A stretch of 64,000 nucleotides of DNA from an uncultured virus (IMG/VR IMGVR_UViG_3300020189_000007). Taxonomy: Duplodnaviria; Heunggongvirae; Uroviricota; Caudoviricetes. Position numbers and translations under genes: made by a program. Position 1 is the stretch's first letter. The number at the start of each line of letters is the position of its first letter. The notes under the pieces were generated by a model that did not search any database, was not told the DNA's origin, and worked only from the letters and a program-made list of their open reading frames with translations. Shown in pieces: positions 40,197 to 50,082 of the stretch. The stretch is from IMG/VR virus record IMGVR_UViG_3300020189_000007. One strand, 5' to 3'.

Positions 40197-42125
40197 TTAA
40201 CTGTCTCTCCAGAGATTATTACTGGCGTAAGTTAGAACTTCTTCTGCAGAGTCAGCAGTGTATCCATATTCATCAATTAGCGTCTGAACCATCTCTGAAT
40301 ATTTCTGTTGCTGTTCTTCATCTCTTGCTCTAGACTTAGTAACAATCCTGGCCAAGTCTTTTACTGACGTGATTAGATAGGTCTCGATAGCTTCCTTAAG
40401 AGGCTCATAGGAAGTATAGTCTACCTTCTCCCCTCTTCTCATCTTAGAGAACATGTAAGCAGTCACGTCAGCTCTAAAGCCATCCTTACCCGAACCACTG
40501 ACTCCGATTGTTGACTCAATAGACCTCATAAAGTTCTCATCAGGCTGCATCTCTTCTTTTGTGATACGATCCTTAAGCCTGCTCTTCGTTGTGTAAGCCT
40601 CTGCATGATCCATATAGTTTTCAAAGATAGACTGCGCTTGCGGCTCATATGCTGTGATGAACGCCTTAGCAATTTCTTTTTCAAGCATCTTGAGGTATTC
40701 ACCTCTTACTACGTTCCTTATCAACTCAAGACAACGACTCTGGAACTCTCTATCTATAATCTGATCCTTGACCTGCTTGACGAGAGAATCTAATATTGAG
40801 ATTGGAGTGATGAAGTCTTTATCAGAATCGCTCAATGCATTATCGACGGCTTTCATAATAAATCTTGTAGAAATACCATTCATACCCTCATTCGGTGCTT
40901 CATCACGAAGGTCTTTAATATCGATCTTCTTAACTCTACCCTTTTCAACAACTTCTTCGCCGTTGTAAAGCTTAAGCTTCGTAAGAAGATCGCACTTTTG
41001 ACTTTCCTTAAGCCGGCTAAGCACGGAAAACATCGAAGCAATTCTAATCGTATGAGGAGCAATGTGGGCTTTAAAGTTAGAGCGAGAAAGAATCTTTTCA
41101 TAAATCTTAATTTCTTGCTCTAGCTCCAAAACGTATGGCACATCAATCTTAACAATACGGTCTAAGATAGCCTCGTTAGTGTGCTCGCTCTGGAATCGAT
41201 TCCATTCAGCTTCATTACAATGCGCGAGAATGACTCCATCGAAGTAAATCATGTCGTGCTTTCCAGGGGCAGGAACTCTCTTCTCCTGGGTCGCTGTAAT
41301 GATTGTGTGGAGAAACTCAATTTCATTCTTAAAGACCTCCACAAGCTCAACAATACCTCTATTACCTACGTTGAAGGCGCCATTTAGAGATAACGCTCGT
41401 GGGTCGTCTTCTGAATACCTATCAAGTTTCGAAATATCTTCTGAACCGATCAACACTGATACATCTTGTGAGTTTGCGTCCATTGGCGGAACAGATGCAA
41501 CACCTCGACGAGCCCGTTGGGAGAATGTAGTTTCTTTTACTTTAAACTTTTCGTATTGACCATCGTATTCTTCAAATAGTAGATGTCTAGCGACTGGGGA
41601 AAGGTCACCCTCGATACTGACACCCAGCATTTCATTAAATCGGTCTCTTAGGGAACGAGGTAACAACTGAAGTGGCTCTCCTCGCTGAGGGTCTCCTACA
41701 AGGTGATAGTATGGTTGCCCATCCAAAGACTTCTTAATGTGCTCTGTTAGCGCAGACTTACCAGCTCCTACAGGACCCATCAACAATAGAACTTGTCGAC
41801 TTTCTTCACCCTTAAGAGCAGCAGAGCGCATAAACCTCATAAGCTTCGCGATAACTGATTCCATTCCAAAAAATTCTGATTGAAAGTATTCGTAGGTTTT
41901 TACGTTATCACCATCAAACAATTTGTGCTTTCGAGGATCAGAGTCTTCCATCACCCCTGTCCCGTGAGAAACTACAGCGTCATACAGACGCTTATGCGCG
42001 TGGTCAGTAATACTTGGATCTTCCTCTACTAAAGAAAGATATTCAAGAAAAGTACCGGCGAACTTCTCGCGCTTCTTCTCTTCTCTTTGGCTCTTAATGA
42101 TTTCTAGAAAGTTTTTATCAGACAT
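40197..42125 (-). CDS. prkA: PrkA/YeaG AAA+ serine protein kinase family
   Basis: EFFGME, LMGPVGAGKS, GNRGIVELVEVFK, HCNEAEW, NEAILDR, IAPHT, EGMNGISTRF. Confidence 0.95.
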   Translation of the reverse strand: MSDKNFLEIIKSQREEKKREKFAGTFLEYLSLVEEDPSITDHAHKRLYDAVVSHGTGVMEDSDPRKHKLFDGDNVKTYEYFQSEFFGMESVIAKLMRFMRSAALKGEESRQVLLLMGPVGAGKSALTEHIKKSLDGQPYYHLVGDPQRGEPLQLLPRSLRDRFNEMLGVSIEGDLSPVARHLLFEEYDGQYEKFKVKETTFSQRARRGVASVPPMDANSQDVSVLIGSEDISKLDRYSEDDPRALSLNGAFNVGNRGIVELVEVFKNEIEFLHTIITATQEKRVPAPGKHDMIYFDGVILAHCNEAEWNRFQSEHTNEAILDRIVKIDVPYVLELEQEIKIYEKILSRSNFKAHIAPHTIRIASMFSVLSRLKESQKCDLLTKLKLYNGEEVVEKGRVKKIDIKDLRDEAPNEGMNGISTRFIMKAVDNALSDSDKDFITPISILDSLVKQVKDQIIDREFQSRCLELIRNVVRGEYLKMLEKEIAKAFITAYEPQAQSIFENYMDHAEAYTTKSRLKDRITKEEMQPDENFMRSIESTIGVSGSGKDGFRADVTAYMFSKMRRGEKVDYTSYEPLKEAIETYLITSVKDLARIVTKSRARDEEQQQKYSEMVQTLIDEYGYTADSAEEVLTYASNNLWRDS

Positions 42126-42137
42126 GTTTTCCCCGGG

Positions 42138-43442
42138 TTAGATCTCAAAAGGTTCGTCTTCAATGATGGTATCAAGCTTTACTACATCGCCCCATAGCTT
42201 GCTAATATGGTGCACAACTGCATCTGCGTAGTCTAGCTCTAGGTCCCTTCCATCATGTTCATGAATTAAGCAAAGCACATTAGATTCGTCCACATTGTCA
42301 ATCTCTATTATTGGTATACTATTACCTCCGACCTGTTTGATTAGGTCTTCCTTGATATTTTTCCACCCCTCATCATCAGAGACATCGTCAACAACGTATT
42401 CATCTTTTTTTAGCGAAAAGCTAAACAGCTCTAACTCTTCGCAGTCTTCTTGTGTTAAATACTGCCTTATGAAGCTTTCATCATTTAAAGATTCTCTGGC
42501 AATAAAGCATTCCTCTAACCCATGTCTTTCTTCTATCTTTCTAAATAAATGAAACCCTAGATGATATGGGTTAATGGATGCTGGATGAGGTCTTACAACC
42601 TCATTGTGAGTTTTAAGAAAAGGTATATGCATCGACGAAGGAAGCTCGAGCTCATGCATAAGACGATAGTGCCAATAACTCGCCCATCCTTCGTTCATAA
42701 TCTTAGTTCTTATCTGTGGCATGAAGTAGTGAGCTTCTTCTTCTACAATCAACAGTAGGTCTCTTTGCCACTCTTCCAAGATCGGGCTTTGGTCTGCCAA
42801 GAATGCTAGAATATTTATTTCATTAGAGACTGGAACTTTTTCCGGATCAGGAACATGGAAAGAGTTATCGTATAAACCACCCTTGATGTCACTGACTAAC
42901 TGTCGCTTTTGGTCCTTCTGTGAAACATACGGTACATACCTGTGAGGAACATTCATTGATAAAGCGTGCGCTGAATCTAGAATATCTTCTACTGCATCGA
43001 TCCCTATGCTTGGATCTTCGATCAGTTTATCGATAAACCTCTTAGCATTTCTCATCCTTAATATAATGTTTTCTGGGTGTGTATGCTTAAAGGTAATGTT
43101 ATTCTTAAAGAAGTCGGAGTGTCCAATACAGTGAGCCATGATTAGAACCTGTAGGTACATCGGATTTTCTTCCATGAGATAAGCTAGCGATGGATTACTA
43201 TTGATGATCATCTCATAAGGTAACCCCTGCATTCCCATTCCATACATCGTATGGTTTCTTTCAAAAGACTTACCGAAGCTCCAGTGACTGTAATGCGACG
43301 GCATGCCGTGATAAGCCATAGCTCCAATCATTTCGTAGTAATCACAAGTCTCGTAAGCAAGCGGAAACCAATCTAGTCCGTGCTCTTTTGCCATCTTACA
43401 AAGCTTTTCATCCCACTCTGCTAGTTCATCAAAGAAGTTCAC
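42138..43442 (-). CDS. spoVR: SpoVR/YcgB family protein
   Basis: GMPSHYSHWSFGK, YEMIINSNP, AHCIGHSDFFKNN, TKIMNEGWASYWH, NPYHLG. Confidence 0.95.
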   Translation of the reverse strand: MNFFDELAEWDEKLCKMAKEHGLDWFPLAYETCDYYEMIGAMAYHGMPSHYSHWSFGKSFERNHTMYGMGMQGLPYEMIINSNPSLAYLMEENPMYLQVLIMAHCIGHSDFFKNNITFKHTHPENIILRMRNAKRFIDKLIEDPSIGIDAVEDILDSAHALSMNVPHRYVPYVSQKDQKRQLVSDIKGGLYDNSFHVPDPEKVPVSNEINILAFLADQSPILEEWQRDLLLIVEEEAHYFMPQIRTKIMNEGWASYWHYRLMHELELPSSMHIPFLKTHNEVVRPHPASINPYHLGFHLFRKIEERHGLEECFIARESLNDESFIRQYLTQEDCEELELFSFSLKKDEYVVDDVSDDEGWKNIKEDLIKQVGGNSIPIIEIDNVDESNVLCLIHEHDGRDLELDYADAVVHHISKLWGDVVKLDTIIEDEPFEI

Positions 43443-44608
43443 AACTCACCCCCAAAGAAACTATTGAATGCCTCCCATATATCTTCCTTACAAGTAATAG
43501 AGGAAGACTTAAACTTGTCATACACTAAACCTTCAAAGAGTACTCCTAAGCTTTTATCTCTTAAAAACTGTATCCTGTCTGCGCTTGGCTCAATTTCACA
43601 ATAGCCATAGAATTGAACCTTCGGGATCATCTCATCAATTTGGCTTAGCAAAGCCTCATTATCACTTGGCCAGTTATCGCCGTCAGACGCGTGAAAAGTA
43701 TATATATTCCATGATGATGGATGGTATCGGGAGTCAATGATCTCGTTCACCATCTTGACACCAGTTGATGTGATCGTACCTCCAGATGAGCCACGTTCAA
43801 AGAAGCTTTTTTCATCCACTTCATAAGCTTGAGATTCATATGCGACAAAATTTATTTCAACGGTGTCGTATCTTGAACGGATGAAATGATAAAGTAGGAA
43901 GAAAAAGCTTCTCGACAGGAACTTCTTTTCAGTAGTCATAGACCCAGATATATCCATCAAAAAGAAGATAGCAGCATTCGAAGTACGCTTTTCGGTAACT
44001 TTAAAGTGCTTGTAACGTAAATCCTTTTCCAAGAAACTAAAGTTCTCATCAGAGTCGGAGTCTCTTTTGCCCGCGAACTCATCTTTCTTCATTCTCTTAA
44101 TACGTTGAATTGCAGACTTCTTTTTATCTAGTCTTGGTCTGATGCCTTTTGTCCTGTAACCTTTCCTTCTGATTTTCTTGGTTATTACTTGAGCATTCTT
44201 CTTGTCTTCAAAGTTTGGAAGCTTTAAGTCTTTAAAGAGATATTCTGCGACTTGATCAAGAGTTAACTCTACTTCGTAGAACTCTTCGCCTTTTTCGTTA
44301 CCAGGTTTATCAGGGTTTCCTTGACCTTTTTGCTTCTTCTTTTTTCCGATTGTTTGACCGCGACTAATATCGTTGCCTTCACCAGAACCAGCTCTTCTGG
44401 ATCCGTTGTCTCCATAGACAAAGCGATGTTCTTTGATTCCCCTAACTGGAATCTTAAACTTCTTTTTTCCACTTTCTCCGATGATAGATTCTTCTGCTAC
44501 GATATTGTGAATGCCGTCTTTTATCGCTTTTTCGATCTTTTTTCTATGACGTGCTCTGTCGCTAGCTGATCGGTCTGCGATAGTTTTATGCTTCTTGAAT
44601 ATCGACAT
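43439..44608 (-). CDS. yeaH: YeaH/YhbH (DUF444) vWA-like protein
   Basis: DRARH, DLRYK, MDISGSM, SGGT..S, WNIYTFHASDGDNW. Confidence 0.93.
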   Translation of the reverse strand: MSIFKKHKTIADRSASDRARHRKKIEKAIKDGIHNIVAEESIIGESGKKKFKIPVRGIKEHRFVYGDNGSRRAGSGEGNDISRGQTIGKKKKQKGQGNPDKPGNEKGEEFYEVELTLDQVAEYLFKDLKLPNFEDKKNAQVITKKIRRKGYRTKGIRPRLDKKKSAIQRIKRMKKDEFAGKRDSDSDENFSFLEKDLRYKHFKVTEKRTSNAAIFFLMDISGSMTTEKKFLSRSFFFLLYHFIRSRYDTVEINFVAYESQAYEVDEKSFFERGSSGGTITSTGVKMVNEIIDSRYHPSSWNIYTFHASDGDNWPSDNEALLSQIDEMIPKVQFYGYCEIEPSADRIQFLRDKSLGVLFEGLVYDKFKSSSITCKEDIWEAFNSFFGGEL

Positions 44609-44651
44609 TCTTTTGTATCCTTGGATCCTAAACCATTCTACATATTACTAA

Positions 44652-45059
44652 CTATGGATTATATTTCCTAGAGTGCTCTGAATAAAAATATTCAACGCCA
44701 GGTCTCAGGTAGCTTAAGCAGTTTTGTACAAACTCATCCTTTGTAACCCACCGCCAGCCTGCATGCTCAACTAAACCTGATGATGGGTTTTTTGTGATGG
44801 TCGGAGTTTGATTTGTGCTAGCACAAAATGAAGTTAGCTCACCGTTGGTGAAAGGGCTGTAGAGAATATCACCACTCCTAACCATCACTGAACACTCCTC
44901 GAAGCACTCTCTGGTGGCTGTAGTAATATCATCCTCCCCCTTTTCCTTGTGACCTTTCGGTATATCGAATATGCCATCTTTCCGAATTAATGCTAACATC
45001 AGCGGCGAGGGGCTGCTAATAGTGTCTTCTCGAAATAGCACGAATCCCGATCCAGCCAT
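44652..45059 (-). CDS. Nudix hydrolase (Ap4A hydrolase-like)
   Basis: PKGHKEKGEDDITTATRECFEE Nudix box. Confidence 0.88.
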   Translation of the reverse strand: MAGSGFVLFREDTISSPSPLMLALIRKDGIFDIPKGHKEKGEDDITTATRECFEECSVMVRSGDILYSPFTNGELTSFCASTNQTPTITKNPSSGLVEHAGWRWVTKDEFVQNCLSYLRPGVEYFYSEHSRKYNP

Positions 45060-45062
45060 TAT

Positions 45063-45407
45063 TCATTCTCCCCTGCCGTAATCATCGCTAATTCGGACAA
45101 CATCATCTAAGTGGTTCGTACTTACTTCGATCACTTTCACATATCGATCTTCTGGTGCACAGAATCTGTGAACTTGTCCAGGTTCTACATGTAACGTTTC
45201 ACCTTGCATCAGTCTTGTTTCATTATCATCTTTGTCATAATTCAACAACACACCTTCCATGACATACACTGTCTCTGTCTTTTTTTCGTGGTATTGCTTC
45301 GAAAGCCGTTGGCCGGCTTCGATAACAATAAGCTTGGCTACATAATCTTCTGTCTGGGCCCAAATTAACTCAAATCCCCAGGGCTTATCAATCTTTTTTC
45401 TCATCAT
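45063..45407 (-). CDS. Cupin (mannose-6-phosphate isomerase type II C-terminal-like)
   Basis: KPWG, RLSKQYHEKKTET, PGQVHRF, EVST..DDVVRISDDYGR. Confidence 0.8.
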   Translation of the reverse strand: MMRKKIDKPWGFELIWAQTEDYVAKLIVIEAGQRLSKQYHEKKTETVYVMEGVLLNYDKDDNETRLMQGETLHVEPGQVHRFCAPEDRYVKVIEVSTNHLDDVVRISDDYGRGE

Positions 45408-45891
45408 TTTCCTCGTTAGCTGCGTTTTCAATTAACCAAGAAGAGCTCTGGATTTTCTCTCCACCAATGTTAAACAACACTTCACATCCGACTTGTTGAC
45501 AAATGTCCCATTCAGGAATGTCCTCAGGTGCCGCTCTATCTCCACCCTTGGTAAAAAATGTCGGTTTAAGTTTTTCAATGGCACCAATTACTGTTTGGCC
45601 ACCATCATCCCAAATGATAGCAGCATCAACACCACGAATACCAGCAATAATTTCAGCACGTTCTGCCTCATTCATGAACGGCTTTCCTTTTTTTCTGTTT
45701 AGGAAACCGTCACCGTTGACAATGACGACGACATGTCCGCCATCAAGATCTGCCATGTCAGCGGTCTCTAAAATACATCTAAGATGTCCGATATGTAAAG
45801 GATCAAACCCACCAGATGTCATGTATATAGGGTTTTCTGTTTGTACCCATGACTCTTTCAAGAAATCTTCTATGTTGTTGTAGACTTTCAT
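45388..45891 (-). CDS. Cytidylyltransferase-like nucleotidyltransferase
   Basis: SGGFDPLHIGH (HxGH), KKGKPFM, KGGDR, KIQSSS. Confidence 0.85.
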   Translation of the reverse strand: MKVYNNIEDFLKESWVQTENPIYMTSGGFDPLHIGHLRCILETADMADLDGGHVVVIVNGDGFLNRKKGKPFMNEAERAEIIAGIRGVDAAIIWDDGGQTVIGAIEKLKPTFFTKGGDRAAPEDIPEWDICQQVGCEVLFNIGGEKIQSSSWLIENAANEENDEKKD

Positions 45892-47513
45892 AATTTTAAA
45901 CACTCCCTAAACTTAGCTGGAAAAAGAGATGAATTAGATTTGTAGAACCTCTCGAAATCTGAATCCAGAATATACGTCACTGCTCTATCCTCGTTAGACC
46001 TGACTGACCTTCCAACAGACTGTACGATGGTCTTAGCAGTCTGAAGCGGATACCACCACTGCCACTTATTCATCTTCTTTTTAATTAGTTTGTCACCGAG
46101 GTAAGGGTACGGTACTTTACAGATAACTTGAAATCTACTTAACTCTCCCTTTAGATCAACACCCTCTGTCATTGAAGGAGAAATTAGAACAGTCGGTTTT
46201 TTAGACTTCTTGTGCTTTTCCAAGACTTCGTCCCGGTTATCAGATCCATGGATCAAGATTCTCGTGCTTCTGATATTCTTCTTAATATAGCTAGCGACCT
46301 TATACGAATGACAATGTATGATGCCTTTTTCATTCTTGTGTTCATCAATGATCTGCTTAATAGCTTGTACCATCTTAGGCAAAGTACCGTCAATAGCAGA
46401 GTACGTCATCTTTCCGATACCGGCGTAGATGATCGGCATATTCTCAACAGGAAACGGCGACTCGAGAGATATAAAAGCCATATCCTGAGAAGGGATACCG
46501 ACCGACAAAGCAAACGCATCTCTATCAAGAATTGTCGCAGACATTAATACGACGTAACGACCATGATCATATAGCATTTCATTTGCATACGGTGCTACAT
46601 CAATTGGTTTAAATTGTAGTTTTCTACTTGACATATTGTCTTTTGGTATGTCATTCATAACCCAATTATTTCCGTCATACAAATCTAAGAACCTTCTTAG
46701 CTTACACACATGCTTATCAAGCATCTCAAACTTTTTTGCAATTGATGCAAATTCGCCTGATCGAATTTTCTCCTTCAACCCAATGTATTTTTCCATCATC
46801 TTCTCAAGATGAGTAAGTTTTGAAACTGTTGTCTTCAAATATACATCACTGATCCATTTAATGTACTGTAGTTGCGTCATCCCATTCGGGATAGACATAT
46901 TCAAGAATGACATGCAAAACTTATCAGAGATGGTGATCTCAATAAATTTGCTCAACTCTGAATCGATATTGTGGGCCTCATCAATTACCAGAACATCTCT
47001 TGGCGTAATTTTGCCAGAGTATTGTGTCTCTGCTAGAAAGTAAGGGAAGTTAGTAACTCCCTCTGTTCCATTGACAAAAGATTCTTTGGCTTTCTTATAT
47101 ACACAATTAAACGCGCATGACTTAAAGAACCTGCTCGATTTGTCTGCTGTCTTTAGAGCTCTTAAGCTTTCTCCACAAGAAGTTCCCTTATTGAAGTTGC
47201 AACAGTAGTTAGACGAAGATTTAATCGACTTCATGGGTCCGCTAAATCCACCAAAGTCTTTGACATACTGTTCTTGTAGAATTTTTTGAGTGGTTAAAAA
47301 GTATGCACCGGGCGCATGCTTTTCTGAACTTCCATCGCTAAGAAGTCTTGCCACTGTTAATCCAATAGCTGATTTCCCGACACCGGTACCAGCCTCGATA
47401 ACCACAAACTTCTTGCCTTGTGACTTTATAGCGTCGATTGAAAATTCTATAGCTTGAAGCTGCTGATCTCTAATTGACTTATACGGAAATTTAGAAATAA
47501 TTTCTTGATTCAT
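45888..47513 (-). CDS. DinG/XPD-family SF2 helicase
   Basis: EAGTGVGKS, DEAH, MSAT, EGVD, QSVGRSVR and an Fe-S-type Cys cluster. Confidence 0.92.
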   Translation of the reverse strand: MNQEIISKFPYKSIRDQQLQAIEFSIDAIKSQGKKFVVIEAGTGVGKSAIGLTVARLLSDGSSEKHAPGAYFLTTQKILQEQYVKDFGGFSGPMKSIKSSSNYCCNFNKGTSCGESLRALKTADKSSRFFKSCAFNCVYKKAKESFVNGTEGVTNFPYFLAETQYSGKITPRDVLVIDEAHNIDSELSKFIEITISDKFCMSFLNMSIPNGMTQLQYIKWISDVYLKTTVSKLTHLEKMMEKYIGLKEKIRSGEFASIAKKFEMLDKHVCKLRRFLDLYDGNNWVMNDIPKDNMSSRKLQFKPIDVAPYANEMLYDHGRYVVLMSATILDRDAFALSVGIPSQDMAFISLESPFPVENMPIIYAGIGKMTYSAIDGTLPKMVQAIKQIIDEHKNEKGIIHCHSYKVASYIKKNIRSTRILIHGSDNRDEVLEKHKKSKKPTVLISPSMTEGVDLKGELSRFQVICKVPYPYLGDKLIKKKMNKWQWWYPLQTAKTIVQSVGRSVRSNEDRAVTYILDSDFERFYKSNSSLFPAKFRECLKL

Positions 47514-47557
47514 GCACTACTCCTGATGCTATATTGTAATAGCAGGGCAAAGCATGT

Positions 47558-48346
47558 TCAGAAAGTCAGGATTAGAGAATCGATAAGTTCGATGGTTTCC
47601 GAGGTGCTTTCAACTTTAAAGGACCGATTGTCAGAAATTAGCTTCTCATAGATGTGCCAATCGTTCCCCCCTGGATCACAGCGGTCGCCGGCGAACCATA
47701 TATCATGATCAGGGTAGTGCTTTAGAGCGTATGTTTTATCCCATCCAGTCGGGTATATATCAAAACTAGTTGTACCCCCAAGAGCAACAGTCACGTCGAT
47801 ACCATCTTCTTTAAGTAGGGAAGACAATTGTGAACAATACTTCTCTCTTATTCCTTCTTGCTGATCCAAAGAGGTCCACGCGCTTCTTTGTTCTTGGCCG
47901 GCTAATCTCCCTATTGGACACCAGTTTAATAACGAGCCCCTGTATTGAAAGAATGTACCGGTAAAAGGAAGGTTCGGATAGTCGGTAGTGATAGCAGTCT
48001 GCCAGCTCATACATCTAGAAATAATCTTATTGTATACAGCCTGACCAATTTCCTTAAGCATATCAGCTTCAGAGACAAGTACGTAATTGTTGGAGCTGTT
48101 TGACGAATAGAATTTTGTACCGTTGCAAGGTAGAACATCTAGCCTATTGACTGGAACCCCACCGATATCAAACGCTCTTCCCATCTGCTGCATTACGTAA
48201 TCCATGTCTGATCCGGTCACGATACCAACTCTAGAGTGCTTGGTGAGACGTATTAAAGCAGCTATCATATCATCTTCTATTGGCTCTCTAGCTGGTGTCA
48301 GAGTACCGTCCATGTCAAACAAGACAATTTTTTGTTTCGCAGTCAT
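47558..48346 (-). CDS. Phosphomannomutase, eukaryote-type HAD (PMM2/Sec53 family)
   Basis: FDMDGTLTPAR, VTGSD, NWCPIGR, GGTTSFDIYPTGWDKT, GDRCDPGGND. Confidence 0.9.
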   Translation of the reverse strand: MTAKQKIVLFDMDGTLTPAREPIEDDMIAALIRLTKHSRVGIVTGSDMDYVMQQMGRAFDIGGVPVNRLDVLPCNGTKFYSSNSSNNYVLVSEADMLKEIGQAVYNKIISRCMSWQTAITTDYPNLPFTGTFFQYRGSLLNWCPIGRLAGQEQRSAWTSLDQQEGIREKYCSQLSSLLKEDGIDVTVALGGTTSFDIYPTGWDKTYALKHYPDHDIWFAGDRCDPGGNDWHIYEKLISDNRSFKVESTSETIELIDSLILTF

Positions 48347-48409
48347 CGTTTATTATGCTTCCTTCTATACTTATTATTAATAAAGATCCCATTGCGGAGC
48401 ATTTGACAA

Positions 48410-49204
48410 ATGAGAAAGTTAATCATTCAGCTGCTACTCTCGATTACGGCTTTATTCTTTCTGCTGTCTGGTTGTCTCAACATTAAAGTTCCGAATAAAA
48501 TTATAAGAACAACAGACAATACTGTAATCAAAAAAGAGAACTCATACTTCCCCATAGAGTCATTTGTCATGACAACACAAGAGTTTGTTTTTTCAATCTC
48601 ATGCGAAAATGATAAAAGCGAAGGGTGTGTAGAAGGAATCTTGGGAAGTCAAACCAGCATGGGTTCAGGGTTTATTTTAGAGACCTCAAGTAAAGATGAA
48701 TATATCGTTACAGCAGGTCATATATGCATGCCTCCAAAGATGCCAATGGTACCCGGGCCATTAGCGTCAAATCTCAGGGTGGCTTACAGGATAAGCTTGA
48801 CTACAGGATTTGGCAGAGAAGGACGAGGAGAGATTGTTGCGATCGATACAAACAATGACATATGTCTCCTCAAAGCGAACAAGGACTTAGGACCCGGTTT
48901 AGAGATAGCACAAAAGGACATGATGCTCCATTCCAAAGTATACAACATGGCCAACCCAGCTGGGCTATCTTCTCCGTTAGCAGTTCCTGTTTTCGATGGT
49001 TACTATATCGGTGATATATCGATGATAAGTCTATTCACAGTGCCGGCGGTAGGTGGCTCAAGTGGTTCTCCGATAATGAACCACAAAAATGAAGTTGTCT
49101 CCATTGTGTCAGCGGCAGCTGTTAGGTTTGATGAATACGCTATTGGACCAAAGACTAGATCAATAAGAGAATTTCTATTAGCTCATCTCCCTGATGATTC
49201 TTAA
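48410..49204 (+). CDS. Trypsin-like serine protease with lipoprotein signal
   Basis: Lipobox LSGC; catalytic triad TAGH, DICLL, GGSSGSP. Confidence 0.85.
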   Translation: MRKLIIQLLLSITALFFLLSGCLNIKVPNKIIRTTDNTVIKKENSYFPIESFVMTTQEFVFSISCENDKSEGCVEGILGSQTSMGSGFILETSSKDEYIVTAGHICMPPKMPMVPGPLASNLRVAYRISLTTGFGREGRGEIVAIDTNNDICLLKANKDLGPGLEIAQKDMMLHSKVYNMANPAGLSSPLAVPVFDGYYIGDISMISLFTVPAVGGSSGSPIMNHKNEVVSIVSAAAVRFDEYAIGPKTRSIREFLLAHLPDDS

Positions 49205-49468
49205 CATAACGTTTTCTATTAACGAATCAAGTTTGGTAACAAGCTGATCGTGTAGGTTTAGAGCAAACGTTCTTGCCTCTTGGTCGGTCTTAAATGTCTT
49301 AAGGCCTGAGTCATAACTCAACTCTTTACACGAAACGTTTGCGTGCACATCTCCCCAAGCCCCGGGATAAATCTCAACACTGATTCTTGGATCGTTAAAG
49401 TGAGTTATAGGGTTTGGGTCAAGAGTCTTATAGTTGCTTCCTATCCCATTTTCATTTACTTTGGCCAT
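49178..49468 (-). CDS. Hypothetical protein
   Basis: 96 aa; C-terminal LRIIRE resembles the neighbouring leader motif. Confidence 0.6.
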   Translation of the reverse strand: MAKVNENGIGSNYKTLDPNPITHFNDPRISVEIYPGAWGDVHANVSCKELSYDSGLKTFKTDQEARTFALNLHDQLVTKLDSLIENVMLRIIREMS

Positions 49469-49489
49469 GACTTTAATTATTACGCTACT

Positions 49490-49768
49490 TTAAACATAAT
49501 CATGGTAGCGAAGAGTCAAGTCTTCATAAGGAAGATCACTATCCCGCGCAAACTGTACGGTCATTACCTTACTTACCTTGTTCAGCTTAAGAAAGTCAAT
49601 AATTACTTCTTCCTTAAAGCTTCCTGTATCACATGTGTTCTCGTAATAACTCTTAATAGCAGTTTTTGCGCAGTCTAAATTAGCAAATGCCCCAATAATT
49701 CTTGAGCCATCCCATCCCTTCACGGTAACAACAACACTATCATAGTGGGTATCAGGTATATGTGTCAT
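49490..49768 (-). CDS. Hypothetical protein
   Basis: 92 aa, coupled to the upstream ORF. Confidence 0.6.
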   Translation of the reverse strand: MTHIPDTHYDSVVVTVKGWDGSRIIGAFANLDCAKTAIKSYYENTCDTGSFKEEVIIDFLKLNKVSKVMTVQFARDSDLPYEDLTLRYHDYV

Positions 49769-50031
49769 CAGGCCTCATATACAAACACATCATATGAATC
49801 TAAAAACGTGATCAGAGTCATGTTTAGTAACTCTTTTTCTGCAATAAGTCGAGGGTCGCTTTCTTTAGAGTGCTCTAGTTGAGTATCAACAACCTTGATT
49901 CTATCAAGCAATCTACGAAGCTGCGAATGAAAAACAGCATGCTCGGCGAACATGAGAAGATTATAATCTGCTTCCTCAAATGGGGTCAAGGTAACCTCCT
50001 TTGCTCCCAAAATGCTCGCGATGTCTCTCAT
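49768..50031 (-). CDS. Hypothetical protein
   Basis: 87 aa with GAGGAG RBS. Confidence 0.65.
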   Translation of the reverse strand: MRDIASILGAKEVTLTPFEEADYNLLMFAEHAVFHSQLRRLLDRIKVVDTQLEHSKESDPRLIAEKELLNMTLITFLDSYDVFVYEA

Positions 50032-50082
50032 ATCAACTCACTCCTCATTTAGATATAATTCTAACGAGTAGTAAGATATTGT

